DNA from: Candidatus Saccharimonadota bacterium
GTDB lineage: Bacteria > Pseudomonadota > Gammaproteobacteria > Johnevansiales > Johnevansiaceae
Assembly: GCF_000300075.1 (NCBI RefSeq)
Contig: NC_018677.1
Location: forward strand, 1 to 32,000
DNA: 32,000 bases
Direction of reading: 5' to 3'
The notes under the pieces are model-generated. The model was not told where the DNA came from. It was given only the letters and a program-made list of their open reading frames with translations, and did not search any database. Positions 1 through 10,470 of this stretch are shown piece by piece. Position 1 is the stretch's first letter, and each line of letters opens with the position of its first letter. Made by a program: the position numbers and the translations under genes.

Positions 1-1926
1 ATGATAAGAATTATAGGTATTGATTTAGGTACTACTAACTCGTGTGTTGCAGTTTTAGAAAATGGAAAAAGTCGTGTTATAGAAAATTCAGAAGGTGCCC
101 GTACTACTCCTTCTATAATTGCATATACTGATGATAATGAAATATTAATTGGACAAACCGCAAAACGGCAGGCTGTAACTAATCCGTCTAATACTTTATA
201 CGCAATTAAACGTCTTATTGGGCGTAAATTTAATGATGATATAGTGCAAAAAGATATAAAAATGGTGCCATATAAAATTGTAAGTGCTGAAAATGGAGAT
301 GCATGGGTACAAGTGAAAAATAGAAAATTAGCACCCCCACAAATCAGTGCAGAAATATTAAAAAAAATGAAAAAAACAGCAGAAGATTATTTAGGGGAAA
401 AAATTACAGAAGCTGTAATAACTGTACCAGCTTATTTTAATGATTCACAAAGACAAGCTACTAAAGATGCTGGGCGCATAGCAGGGCTTAATGTTAAACG
501 TATAATTAATGAACCTACAGCTGCTGCTTTAGCATATGGTATGGATAAAAATAGAGGGGATAAAAAAATAGCTGTTTATGATTTAGGTGGTGGAACATTT
601 GATATATCAATCATAGAAATAGCTGATGTTGACGGTGAAACTCAATTTGAAGTTATGGCAACTAATGGGGATACTTTTTTAGGAGGAGAAGATTTTGATC
701 TTAAATTAATAAACTATATAGTTAAACAATTTAAATTAGAAAGTGGGGTTGATTTATCTGGAGATTCTTTAGCAATGCAACGTTTAAAAGAAGCAGCTGA
801 AAAAGGAAAAATAGAGCTTTCTAGTTCTCAACAAACAGATATTAATTTACCTTATATAACTGCTGATAAAACAGGTCCTAAACATCTTACTTTAAAAATT
901 ACTAGAGCTAAATTAGAATCATTAGTTGAAGATTTAATAAAAAGATCGCTTTTACCTTGTAAAAAAGCTATAGATGACGCCAAATTAACTACTAAGGAGA
1001 TAGATGATATAATATTAGTCGGTGGTCAAACACGCATGCCTTTAGTACAAAAAAAAGTGGCAGAGTTTTTTGGCAAAGAAGCTAGAAAAGATGTAAATCC
1101 AGATGAAGCTGTAGCAATGGGTGCGGCTATTCAAGGAGGCGTATTAGGTGGCGATGTAAAAGATGTTCTTTTATTGGATGTCACTCCTTTAACTTTAGGT
1201 ATAGAGACTATGGGTGGTATAATGACTCCTTTAATAGAAAAAAATACTACAATACCTACTAAAAAAACACAAATTTTTTCAACAGCAGAAGATAATCAAA
1301 CAGCTGTTACTATTCATGCTTTGCAAGGAGAAAGAAAAAAAGCGTTACAAAATAAATCATTAGGTCGGTTTGATTTGACTGATATACCCCCAGCTCCTCG
1401 AGGAACACCACAAATAGAAGTAGCTTTTGATTTAGATGCTAATGGGATCTTAAATATTACCGCTAAAGATAAAGCAACTGGTAAAGAACAGTCTATAATA
1501 ATCAAATCTTCGGGTGGTCTTTCAGAAGAGGAAATAAATAAGATGATTCAAGATGCAGAAACAAATAAAGAAGAAGATAAAAAATTTGAAGAATTAGTTC
1601 AAACAAGAAATCAAGCAGATGGCATGATTCATACAATACGTAAAACATTAAAAGAAATAAAAAATGAAGATGAAAAAAACAAACTTGAATCTTTAATTAA
1701 TAACTTAGAACAAACTTTGAAAAGTGATGATATCAAAACAATCAAAGAAGATCTTAATAAACTCACTGAAGAATATAGTACAATATATCAAAAAATATAT
1801 TCAGAAAAAAAACCACAAAATCATAATTCTGAACCAGCACAAAAAAACGCAGAAAAGTCTTCTAGTAAAAAAGAAGGAGATGTTGTGGATGCTGAATATG
1901 AAGAAGTTAATAATAAAACAAAATAA
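1..1926 (+). CDS. dnaK: Molecular chaperone DnaK (Hsp70)
   Basis: 641-aa ORF beginning at window base 1. Hsp70 signatures [37 protein letters not shown] and C-terminal [12 protein letters not shown]. dnaJ follows 15 nt downstream, as in the canonical dnaKJ operon. Confidence 0.97.
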   Translation: MIRIIGIDLGTTNSCVAVLENGKSRVIENSEGARTTPSIIAYTDDNEILIGQTAKRQAVTNPSNTLYAIKRLIGRKFNDDIVQKDIKMVPYKIVSAENGDAWVQVKNRKLAPPQISAEILKKMKKTAEDYLGEKITEAVITVPAYFNDSQRQATKDAGRIAGLNVKRIINEPTAAALAYGMDKNRGDKKIAVYDLGGGTFDISIIEIADVDGETQFEVMATNGDTFLGGEDFDLKLINYIVKQFKLESGVDLSGDSLAMQRLKEAAEKGKIELSSSQQTDINLPYITADKTGPKHLTLKITRAKLESLVEDLIKRSLLPCKKAIDDAKLTTKEIDDIILVGGQTRMPLVQKKVAEFFGKEARKDVNPDEAVAMGAAIQGGVLGGDVKDVLLLDVTPLTLGIETMGGIMTPLIEKNTTIPTKKTQIFSTAEDNQTAVTIHALQGERKKALQNKSLGRFDLTDIPPAPRGTPQIEVAFDLDANGILNITAKDKATGKEQSIIIKSSGGLSEEEINKMIQDAETNKEEDKKFEELVQTRNQADGMIHTIRKTLKEIKNEDEKNKLESLINNLEQTLKSDDIKTIKEDLNKLTEEYSTIYQKIYSEKKPQNHNSEPAQKNAEKSSSKKEGDVVDAEYEEVNNKTK

Positions 1927-1941
1927 AGGCTTGATTTAGTA

Positions 1942-2985
1942 ATGTCCAAACGCGATTATTATGAAATTTTAGGTGTTAATAAAACTGCTGATCAAAAACA
2001 AATAAAAAAAGCATTTCGTAGATTAGCTCAAAAATATCATCCTGATAGAAATCCTAACAATAAACAAGCAGAACAAAAATTCCGTGAAATATCTGAAGCG
2101 CATGAAGTTCTCTCCGTTAAAGAAAAAAGAAATGCTTATGATAAATTTGGCCATTCAGGATTAGATGGACGGCACACAAATAATAGTTTTCATACAGGTT
2201 TTAGTGACATGTTTTCCGATGTTTTTGGAGATATTTTTGGTAATAACAACAACAACAATACGCCTCAAAGAGGTTCTGATTTACGTTATAATTTAAATAT
2301 TAAACTCGAAGACGCTATTTATGGAACAAAATTAAATATTAATTTAACAAAGCTAGTAAAATGTAATAGGTGTAATGGAACTAGGTCTGAACCTGGTTAT
2401 AAAAACAAGTATTGTCATAGTTGTAAAGGATTGGGACAAATACGTATGCATCAAGGTTTTTTTTCTATACAACAAACTTGTCAAAATTGTAATGGGACCG
2501 GTGAGATTATAGATAAATATTGTATGAGTTGTAATGGGGAAGGACGTATAAATGATAAAAAGATTTTATCAATAAAAATTCCACAAGGTGTAGATAATGG
2601 GGACCGTATAAGAATTACAGGAGAAGGTGAATGTGGTGTAAATGGAGGCCCATATGGTGATTTATATGTCCAAATATCTATTAAACCACATAAAGTGTTT
2701 ACTAGAGAAGGTAAAAATTTATACTGTGAAATACCAGTTAACTTTGTTGATGCTGCATTAGGAGGTATATTAGAGGTGCCTACGCTTGAAGGCAATACGG
2801 TAAAATTAAAAATTCCAGCGGAAACACAAACAGGAAAACAATTTAGAATAAAAGGTAAAGGAGTAAAATCAATACGTAGTAACTTACCAGGAGATTTAAT
2901 TTGTAAAGTAATCATAGAAACACCTGTTAATTTGAATAGATTTCAAAAAGAATTATTACGTAATTTCAAAGCTAGTTTTGTTTAA
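1942..2985 (+). CDS. dnaJ: Co-chaperone DnaJ (Hsp40)
   Basis: 347-aa ORF. J-domain with HPD (KYHPDRNP), G/F linker (FSDMFSDVFGDIFG), and four CxxCxGxG zinc-finger repeats (CNRCNGTR, CHSCKGLG, CQNCNGTG, CMSCNGEG). Contains an in-frame (AAC)n run encoding poly-Asn at about 2242-2258. Confidence 0.96.
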   Translation: MSKRDYYEILGVNKTADQKQIKKAFRRLAQKYHPDRNPNNKQAEQKFREISEAHEVLSVKEKRNAYDKFGHSGLDGRHTNNSFHTGFSDMFSDVFGDIFGNNNNNNTPQRGSDLRYNLNIKLEDAIYGTKLNINLTKLVKCNRCNGTRSEPGYKNKYCHSCKGLGQIRMHQGFFSIQQTCQNCNGTGEIIDKYCMSCNGEGRINDKKILSIKIPQGVDNGDRIRITGEGECGVNGGPYGDLYVQISIKPHKVFTREGKNLYCEIPVNFVDAALGGILEVPTLEGNTVKLKIPAETQTGKQFRIKGKGVKSIRSNLPGDLICKVIIETPVNLNRFQKELLRNFKASFV

Positions 2986-3735
2986 TTTATTAACTTTTTT
3001 ATTTGTTGTGTAGTTGTCATTTTATTTATTTTTAACTATTTTTCGGTTTTAGTATTTTCTGTCTTCTTAATCGTTGTTTTTATTTTGCTTTTTGTTTTAT
3101 TTGTTTTTTTTAGATTTTTTATTTTTTTTTGATGGAGTTAGCTGTTATGTTTTTTTGTTCTTATTATTAGTTGTTGTATTCTAGTTTATATTTTTTTATT
3201 AGTTATTTTATTTGGCTGTTATGTTTTGTTTGTTAAACTTGTGTTATTTTGTTTTGCTGGTATATTTGTATGTATAGAATTTGTTGTATTATGAGTAAGT
3301 AAGGGAAAAGTAGTTATATGCAAAATATCAAAATATAATAAATGATGGTTTAAAACGGTTAAAAGGTTTTTTGTTAACTGGCTAAAATAGTGGTAAGTTT
3401 GTTGTTAACAGATTATTGTTATAATTAATAAAAAAAATATATGTTAATATATATAATTGCTTTAGAATTTAGAATTTAGAGGTTAGAGTTGTTAGGTTAG
3501 AGGTTTGTTTAAAAGCTTTTAGAGGTTGGTTTAAAGAGTTTTTATTTATTTTTATTAGAGGTTTAATGTTTGCTTTAAAGATTTAAGACTTTATTTATTA
3601 GAGGTTATTTGTTTAGAGGTTAGAGTTGTTAGGTTAGAGGTTAGAAGTTTAAATAGTTAAAATGGTTGCTTTTATTATTTATTAGAGGTTATGTGTTATG
3701 TGTTAGATTTTAGATTAAAGATTTTATATGTTAAA

Positions 3736-3763
3736 GGTAAAAGGTAAAAGGTAAAATGTAAAA
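3736..3763 (+). repeat. Heptanucleotide tandem array (GGTAAAA)x3 plus variant TGTAAAA
   Basis: Read directly: ggtaaaa ggtaaaa ggtaaaa tgtaaaa. Confidence 0.9.
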
Positions 3764-3791
3764 TAAAAGAGGTTAGTTGTTTAGAGGTTAT

Positions 3792-3820
3792 CTGTTGCTG
3801 TTGCTGTTGCTGTTGCTGTT
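3792..3820 (+). repeat. Hexanucleotide microsatellite (CTGTTG)n, about 4.5 units
   Basis: Read directly: ctgttgctgttgctgttgctgttgctgtt, flanked on both sides by TTAGAGGTT. Confidence 0.9.
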
Positions 3821-4375
3821 AGAGGTTTATTTTTAAAAAAAGTTAATTGTTTAAATGTTTGCTTTTATTATTTATTATTAGATGTTTTCTATGTTATTTT
3901 TTAGATGTTAGTTGTTTAGTGGTTATATTAAAGTAAAGTTTTTATATGTAGTAAAAAATTAAAATATTGTATTTATATTATTTATGCTTTTTTTGGTTTT
4001 TAATAATAAGTTAACAACTAACATTAACTATCAACAAACAAAACAAATTTACAAGAAACAAATACACTAAAGCTAATAAACAACAAACCTTTTTCCCTTA
4101 AGCTATCAACTAATTAACAACAATTTTTACAATTACTAATAAACAACAAACATTTAGTTACGCTAACAAAAATTTACTACAACCATTTCTTTTTAAAATA
4201 ACAAACATACAACTATATACAAACATACCTTTTGATTTTAACAACACAAAACATAACTACAAATAAAAAAATAAAAGCAAGTAACACATAACTAGCACAA
4301 CGAAAACAAACAACAAAAAAAAATAAAATTACATATCACATATTTACTTAAAAAAAAGAATATAATTAAATTAGA

Positions 4376-5767
4376 TTAACTAAAGACTCTTATTAACGAA
4401 ATTATATTTTGTGGAAATAGTCCGAAAACTAAAATAAATAAAGATAAAGATAAAACCAAATAATAAACAAAAGAGTTGAGATCAAAAATAAGTTGTTTTT
4501 TATTTACATTCATATATAAAAATGAAATTATTCTAAAATAATAATAAATTCCTATTGAATTGCCTATACCTATAGAAATAAGTATAAACCATAATTGATA
4601 ATTTAAGGCATTTAAAAATATATAAACTTTACCTATAAATCCTGCTGTTAAAGGTATACCAGCTAAAGATAACAACATTATCGTTAAGACAATAGCTAAA
4701 TCTGGTTTACTCCAAAATAAACCTTTATAAAAAGATAACGTTTCATTATTTATTAAACTTATAATGCCAAATATACCTAAAGTTGTTAAAGTATAAGTTA
4801 ATAAGTAAATATTTATTGTTTCAAGTATAAATTTACAAATATGCATTTGCATTGCAATTATTACTGTAAGTAAATAACCCAAATTAGCTATCGATGAATA
4901 ACCTAATATACGTTTTAAATTATTTTGTTTAAGCGCTAAAATATTGCCAAATAGTATTGTAACAATAGAAATTATAGTAAGTACATTATTTAAAAAACTA
5001 GTTATATTGGGTAAGATCATTAACAAACGCATGAAAGCTACAAATACGGAGATTTTAGTAACAGTGGCGATAAAAGCTGTAATTGGGGGCATTGTTCCTT
5101 CATAAAGATCTGGCGTATAACTGTGAAAAGGTATAATAGATAATTTAAATCCTAAACTAATTAGAATTAACACAATGCCTATTATTGTCCATAAAGTAGT
5201 ATTATCATCTAATTTAAAATAATAATTAGTAAACGTTAAATTTCCATAATAAAAATATAATAAAGCCATACCAAACAGTAAAAAACAAGATGCCATAGAA
5301 GAAAGTACCATATATTTAATTCCTGATTCCAAAGCTTTTAAATCATTATCTTTATCATTACGTAAATAAATTATTAGCCCATATAAAGCGATAGACATTA
5401 ATTCTAATCCAATAAAGAAAGTAGTCATATGTATGCTTAAAACTAATAATATAGCTCCAATAGTTGAACAGATTATTAACATATAAACTTCTTCATTTTT
5501 ATTTAAATATGTATAAGAAAAAATAGAACAATATAAAGCTGATATTAAAATTAAAAACGTATAAAATAAGGAATAATTATCTATCATTATTAAAGGATAA
5601 AATAAAGTATGTTTAATCAAAAATATAGATAATAATGAAATTAATAACCCTATTATGGTTATTATAAATATAATTAAATTTTTACGATTAAATGATATAG
5701 TAATAATTAATATTATTAATGTTATAAATAAAAAACTAATAGGTAATATTTGTGCATTCTTAATCAT
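4376..5767 (-). CDS. nuoN: NADH-quinone oxidoreductase subunit N
   Basis: 463-aa polytopic membrane ORF of the antiporter-like family. Terminal position in a colinear nuoA-N operon, 2 nt after nuoM. Confidence 0.9.
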   Translation of the reverse strand: MIKNAQILPISFLFITLIILIITISFNRKNLIIFIITIIGLLISLLSIFLIKHTLFYPLIMIDNYSLFYTFLILISALYCSIFSYTYLNKNEEVYMLIICSTIGAILLVLSIHMTTFFIGLELMSIALYGLIIYLRNDKDNDLKALESGIKYMVLSSMASCFLLFGMALLYFYYGNLTFTNYYFKLDDNTTLWTIIGIVLILISLGFKLSIIPFHSYTPDLYEGTMPPITAFIATVTKISVFVAFMRLLMILPNITSFLNNVLTIISIVTILFGNILALKQNNLKRILGYSSIANLGYLLTVIIAMQMHICKFILETINIYLLTYTLTTLGIFGIISLINNETLSFYKGLFWSKPDLAIVLTIMLLSLAGIPLTAGFIGKVYIFLNALNYQLWFILISIGIGNSIGIYYYFRIISFLYMNVNKKQLIFDLNSFVYYLVLSLSLFILVFGLFPQNIISLIRVFS

Positions 5768-5769
5768 TT

Positions 5770-7245
5770 TTAATAAAAAAACATTGTTTTTTGTGCGATG
5801 TTGGTTATAGATTTAATTGATAAATCAAAAATTATTTGAGGATAAAAACCACTAATAAATATTAAAAATAAAATTATACTTAATATATTTACTTCACTGA
5901 AATTTAAAAATATATTTTTTAGAGCTTTATTTTTTGTTTTTCCATAATATACTTTATGTATTAAGTTTAATGAATATATAGCTGTTAATATTAAACCTAA
6001 ACTAGAAATTATAGTTATTTTTGGATATAATTTAAAATTACCTAATAAAATTAAAAATTCCCCGATAAAATTTCCTGTTCCTGGTAAACCTAAGACTGCT
6101 AATGTTAATGATAATGCAAAACCAGGAATAGCTCCTAACTTACCAAATAATCCTCCCATAAAACGTATATCAAATGTATTTAATCGTTCATAAAGTAAGC
6201 CACTTATTATTATTAAACCCGCAGACGATAATGTATTTGAGATAACAAACATAATAGCGCCTTGTAATGATAAAATATTACTTGAAAAAATACCTATTAA
6301 AACATACCCCATATGTGATATGCTTGAATAAGCCATTAATCTTTTAATATTTCTTTGAGAAAAAGCCAAAACTGCACCATAATATATACTGATAATACCA
6401 ACTATCATTGCATAAGGCGCAAATGAAAGTGATTGTTTGGGAAATAAACCTAAATTTAATCTTAATAATCCATAAGCTGCTGTTTTTATCAAAATACCTA
6501 TTAAATCCAAGCTCCCATATTTAGGATTTTTAGCCATAACATCTGGTAACCAAGTATGTAAAGGAAAGATTGGTAATTTTATTGCGAAAGAAATAAACAA
6601 GCCTAACATTAATAAAACTCCTACTTTGTCCCCGATTTGAGCATTTACTAAACTTTGATACTCAAAAGTTAGTTTTCCAGTTACATAAAAGTTACTTACT
6701 ACTAAAGTGAAAATTGTTATTAACAATATTACCCCTGAAATTTGAGTATAAATAAAAAATTTTATAGCTATTTGTTCTTTATATGCACTTCCCCACATAG
6801 AAATTATAAAATACATTGGAAATATCATTATTTCCCAAAAAAATAAAAATAAAAAAAGATCCATTGCAAGAAACACACCAATAATTGAACCTAAAATCCA
6901 CAACAAATTAAAATAAAATAATCCAATACATTTATTAATTTCTTTAAAAGAACAAATGATAGATAATAAACCCAATACTACACTTAATAAAACCATACTT
7001 AAAGATATACCATCCACTGCTAAATTAAGATATATACCAAATCTATCAATCCATATTGTTCGGTATTTAACCACCCATATATTGGTTGTATTTAGATTTA
7101 AATAACATAAATATATGGATAAAACTAACAGTATAATCATAGTAAAAAGAGCTGAACAACGTGAATATTTTATATTTATTTTTTCAAAACTTAAAGATAA
7201 CAATCCACCGATAAAGGGTATAAATAAAAAACATAACAATATCAT
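5770..7245 (-). CDS. nuoM: NADH-quinone oxidoreductase subunit M
   Basis: 491-aa antiporter-like membrane ORF (PLHTWLPD motif). Its start overlaps the nuoL stop by 4 nt. Confidence 0.92.
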   Translation of the reverse strand: MILLCFLFIPFIGGLLSLSFEKINIKYSRCSALFTMIILLVLSIYLCYLNLNTTNIWVVKYRTIWIDRFGIYLNLAVDGISLSMVLLSVVLGLLSIICSFKEINKCIGLFYFNLLWILGSIIGVFLAMDLFLFLFFWEIMIFPMYFIISMWGSAYKEQIAIKFFIYTQISGVILLITIFTLVVSNFYVTGKLTFEYQSLVNAQIGDKVGVLLMLGLFISFAIKLPIFPLHTWLPDVMAKNPKYGSLDLIGILIKTAAYGLLRLNLGLFPKQSLSFAPYAMIVGIISIYYGAVLAFSQRNIKRLMAYSSISHMGYVLIGIFSSNILSLQGAIMFVISNTLSSAGLIIISGLLYERLNTFDIRFMGGLFGKLGAIPGFALSLTLAVLGLPGTGNFIGEFLILLGNFKLYPKITIISSLGLILTAIYSLNLIHKVYYGKTKNKALKNIFLNFSEVNILSIILFLIFISGFYPQIIFDLSIKSITNIAQKTMFFY

Positions 7246-9125
7246 AAAATATTACTCATTAATAATGAAGTTATAATACCAACAATAAATATTGTTAAAT
7301 AAAAACTTAAATTACCATTATGTAGTTTTGTCATTACAGTATAAAAAAACAAAATTACTTTATTTATTATATTATTTATTATGAAAGTAATACAATCAAA
7401 TTTATTTATCCGAACTAAATATAAATAAGGTATAATTACTAATTTAATATATAACCAATCAAACCCTCCAATAGTATATATAATATTTAGAACTAATTTT
7501 CCTAAAACAACTTCAATTATATCCATGTAATAAACATTAGAAAATAAAAATATTTTAGCAGCTATGGTAATACCAACTATGACAATTATTGAAGAAATTA
7601 TATTACAACAATTTTCTACTTCTATATTATACATTGTAATTTCCTTTTGCATAGGTATTTTAATTAAAGAACCTAAGTAAGTAGATAAAATTAATAATAT
7701 AAATAAAGGTAAATTATGTGATACATTATATATTAATGGTTTTTGGTTATTAAAAAAAATAATAAACTTATTAATATTTTTGTTAAACATAATTAAAATA
7801 GTGCGAAATGTATAAATAGATGTTATAAAAGCACCAACTAAACCTACTATCCAAATCTTGTTGTAGCCACTTATTTTAGATAACAAAATAATTTTTTCTT
7901 TTGAATAAAAACCAGCTGTAATAATGGGTAATGCAGATAAAGCTGAACCACCTATAACAAAACAAAAATAATATGCTATTCTTATGTTTTTAGATAAAGA
8001 TAAAAATATTGATCTAATCTTTAAAATATTTTGTGAGTGTTTACAACTAATTATTAAAGAACCAGCTGATATAAATAATAAAGCTTTAAAAAATGCATGT
8101 ATCATCACATGAAATATAGCCGCATGCCATGCTTTTATTCCTATAGCTACAAACATATAACCTACTTGACTCAATGTTGAACAAGCCAAAATACGTTTAA
8201 TATTGTTTTGAGTTAACGCAGAGATACCTGCTAATAATAAAGTAATTGTTCCAATTAAGCCAATTGTATTAAGAGTTATTGGTGCGAGTTCAAATAAGAA
8301 ATGTGTTCTAATTATAAAATATACTCCCGAAGTGATCATAGTTGCTGCATGAATTAATGCAGAAACGGGAGTTGGTCCAACCATAGCATCAATTAACCAA
8401 GTATGTAAAGGAATTTGTGCGGATTTACTTATTGTTCCAAGCATAAACATAAAAGCAATAAGTTCATATCTAAAAGAATTAGTATTATTTAATAAAGAAA
8501 ATTTAGTTAAAAGTTGTTGAATATCGAAAGTATTAAATTGAATCCATACAAAGAAAATACCTATGGCAAAAAACAAATCGCCTATTCTTGTAGTAATAAA
8601 CGCTTTAAAACCAGAAATAACATTATTATAAACACGATAATAATAACTAATTAATAAATATGAACAAAATCCTACACCTTCCCACCCTAACAACAATAAA
8701 ATTAAATTATCACCTAAAATTAATATCAACATATTTAACATAAATAAATTCATGTACAAAAAAAATCTAGACAATAAATAATCTTTCTTATATTTAAAAT
8801 TTTCACACATATACCAAGTAGAAAATAAATGAATTAATAATCCTATTCCATTAACTATACAAATCATTACTACTGATAAACCATCAATATAAAAATTAAA
8901 ATTTATTTTTACATCATATATACTAATCCAACTATATAAATGTTCTAAAAAAGGATTAGGTTTTAAATAATAATAAAAGGCTAGTAATATTGCAAATATT
9001 GTAGAACTAACTATTGATCCAACACCAATTATACAAACCAATATTTTTGACATACATCTTAAACTAGCTAGTAATAGTGTACTAATTAAAGGAAATAAAC
9101 AAATTAAAATTAATATCTTCTTCAT
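7242..9125 (-). CDS. nuoL: NADH-quinone oxidoreductase subunit L
   Basis: 627-aa antiporter-like membrane ORF (QIPLHTWLIDAM, SALIHAATM motifs). Operon position between nuoK and nuoM. Confidence 0.93.
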   Translation of the reverse strand: MKKILILICLFPLISTLLLASLRCMSKILVCIIGVGSIVSSTIFAILLAFYYYLKPNPFLEHLYSWISIYDVKINFNFYIDGLSVVMICIVNGIGLLIHLFSTWYMCENFKYKKDYLLSRFFLYMNLFMLNMLILILGDNLILLLLGWEGVGFCSYLLISYYYRVYNNVISGFKAFITTRIGDLFFAIGIFFVWIQFNTFDIQQLLTKFSLLNNTNSFRYELIAFMFMLGTISKSAQIPLHTWLIDAMVGPTPVSALIHAATMITSGVYFIIRTHFLFELAPITLNTIGLIGTITLLLAGISALTQNNIKRILACSTLSQVGYMFVAIGIKAWHAAIFHVMIHAFFKALLFISAGSLIISCKHSQNILKIRSIFLSLSKNIRIAYYFCFVIGGSALSALPIITAGFYSKEKIILLSKISGYNKIWIVGLVGAFITSIYTFRTILIMFNKNINKFIIFFNNQKPLIYNVSHNLPLFILLILSTYLGSLIKIPMQKEITMYNIEVENCCNIISSIIVIVGITIAAKIFLFSNVYYMDIIEVVLGKLVLNIIYTIGGFDWLYIKLVIIPYLYLVRINKFDCITFIINNIINKVILFFYTVMTKLHNGNLSFYLTIFIVGIITSLLMSNIL

Positions 9126-9430
9126 CCTTTTAACCTACTAAATTTATCTATATCAAAACTTTTTAAATTTTTCTGTAATTGAATTAATAAAGCTAACCCT
9201 ATACTTATTTCTGCTGCAGCTACCGTCATAATTAAAATAAACATAACCTGACCATCTGGTTGCCCCCAATACTCTCCAGATATAACATAAACATAAGCTG
9301 AAGAATTTAACATTATTTCTAAACAAATAAATATAACAATTATATTTCGACGAATTAATAAACCGAATATACCTATAAAAAATAAAATTAAAGATAATAT
9401 AAAAACATAATCTATGGGGATTAACGTCAT
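9122..9430 (-). CDS. nuoK: NADH-quinone oxidoreductase subunit K
   Basis: 102-aa, three-helix membrane ORF. 4-nt overlaps with nuoJ and nuoL; size and position are typical of NuoK. Confidence 0.9.
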   Translation of the reverse strand: MTLIPIDYVFILSLILFFIGIFGLLIRRNIIVIFICLEIMLNSSAYVYVISGEYWGQPDGQVMFILIMTVAAAEISIGLALLIQLQKNLKSFDIDKFSRLKG

Positions 9431-9915
9431 TGTTTACGTCCTAAATAAGAAGCAATAATTAATGCTGTTAATAAAATGATAGCGGATATTTCTACAGTAA
9501 TTAAATATGTTGTAAATAATAAAACACTAAAAGGATGTGGAGTGTGTGGTATTGTACTACCCACTAAAATATTACGATTATTTAAACCATATTTGAGAAT
9601 AGTGATTAATAATAAACCTAATAAAGTTATTGTCAAACTAGATGTACTTATCCAATTTTTTAAATTAATAAAACTTAATTTCTTCTTAATAGGATTTAGT
9701 AACATCATTACAACAAAAACAAATAAGACCATAATTGCACCAGCATAAATAATAATTTCTAAGACTCCAGCATAATTTGCTCCAATAAAAAAAAATATCA
9801 TAGAAATTGAAATCAATGATATAATAAAGTGCAACAAAGCATGTATAATATTATTACTTATAATAACGTTCAACGTTGAAACTATTGCAATTATTGCTGA
9901 AATATAAAATAACAC
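9427..9915 (-). CDS. nuoJ: NADH-quinone oxidoreductase subunit J
   Basis: 162-aa membrane ORF between nuoI and nuoK. Contains YAGAIMVLFVFVVMML-type NuoJ core. Confidence 0.88.
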   Translation of the reverse strand: MLFYISAIIAIVSTLNVIISNNIIHALLHFIISLISISMIFFFIGANYAGVLEIIIYAGAIMVLFVFVVMMLLNPIKKKLSFINLKNWISTSSLTITLLGLLLITILKYGLNNRNILVGSTIPHTPHPFSVLLFTTYLITVEISAIILLTALIIASYLGRKQ

Positions 9916-9929
9916 AATTTACCTTTTTA

Positions 9930-10469
9930 TTATGGTAATAACGATTTTACATTTATTGGTTTTTTTTCTTTTTTACCAAAGCCTTTACATTTATCAAAAC
10001 TAGCTATTCCTGTATTTTCATAAAATTTGTAATTATGATCTTTTCCTGTACCATAAATTAATAAATCTTCTTTTTCAAAAACTAAATCTTTCCGTTTAAA
10101 TTCTCCTAACTCAAAATCCGGCGTTAATTGAATAGCTGAAGTTGGACAAGCTTCTTCACATAATCCACAAAAAATACAACGTGTAAAATTTATTCTAAAA
10201 AATAAAGGATACCAACTTCCATCTTTACGTTCAGCTTTTTGCAAACATATACAATCCACAGGACATACCACTGCACAAAGATTGCAAGCAACACACCGTT
10301 CTTTACCGGTATTATCTCTAGTTAATACAATACGACCTCTATAACGTGGTGATAAATATACAGATTCTTCTGGATATTGTAACGTAACTCTTTTATTAAA
10401 AGAATGTGTAAATATTATATAAATCGTACGAAAAATACTAAATATTGAAATAATTAATTTTCTTATCAT
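9930..10469 (-). CDS. nuoI: NADH-quinone oxidoreductase subunit I (2x[4Fe-4S] ferredoxin-type)
   Basis: 179-aa ORF with two CxxCxxCxxxCP motifs ([24 protein letters not shown]). Confidence 0.95.
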   Translation of the reverse strand: MIRKLIISIFSIFRTIYIIFTHSFNKRVTLQYPEESVYLSPRYRGRIVLTRDNTGKERCVACNLCAVVCPVDCICLQKAERKDGSWYPLFFRINFTRCIFCGLCEEACPTSAIQLTPDFELGEFKRKDLVFEKEDLLIYGTGKDHNYKFYENTGIASFDKCKGFGKKEKKPINVKSLLP

Positions 10470-10470
10470 T

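Larger units (their letters stand above)
3461..3827 (+). repeat. Cluster of 10 exact same-strand copies of TTAGAGGTT, opening with a 7-bp periodic array (TTTAGAA TTTAGAA TTTAGAG GTTAGAG ...)
   Basis: Exact 9-mers read at 3476, 3497, 3519, 3555, 3598, 3613, 3634, 3682, 3781 and 3819. A 31-bp exact direct repeat TTTAGAGGTTAGAGTTGTTAGGTTAGAGGTT occurs at 3475-3505 and 3612-3642. Confidence 0.9.
2986..4375. other. Expanded non-coding spacer between convergent dnaJ and nuoN (1390 bp)
   Basis: No ORF of 60 aa or more in the track. Zones: T-rich 2986-3290, G/T-rich repeat zone 3440-3990, A/C-rich zone 3990-4375. Confidence 0.85.

Noticed and set aside
3491-3505. TTAGG-containing strings (gttaggttagagg) reminiscent of the insect telomeric repeat, suggesting host contamination or transfer
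   Set aside because: There are only isolated TTAGG pentamers inside the TTAGAGG family, with no (TTAGG)n array. The sequence is contiguous with bacterial genes on both sides.
3461-3827. Could the recurring TTAGAGGTT copies be a CRISPR array?
   Set aside because: The repeat is only 9 bp. Spacings are irregular (about 15-90 bp), and the sequences between copies are themselves low-complexity variants of the same motif. No cas genes are present in the window.
2986-4375. Are the spacers insertion sequences, prophage remnants or other mobile elements?
   Set aside because: No transposase- or integrase-like ORF is present. I could see no terminal inverted repeats or target-site duplications. The content is short tandem and dispersed motifs rather than a discrete unit with boundaries.
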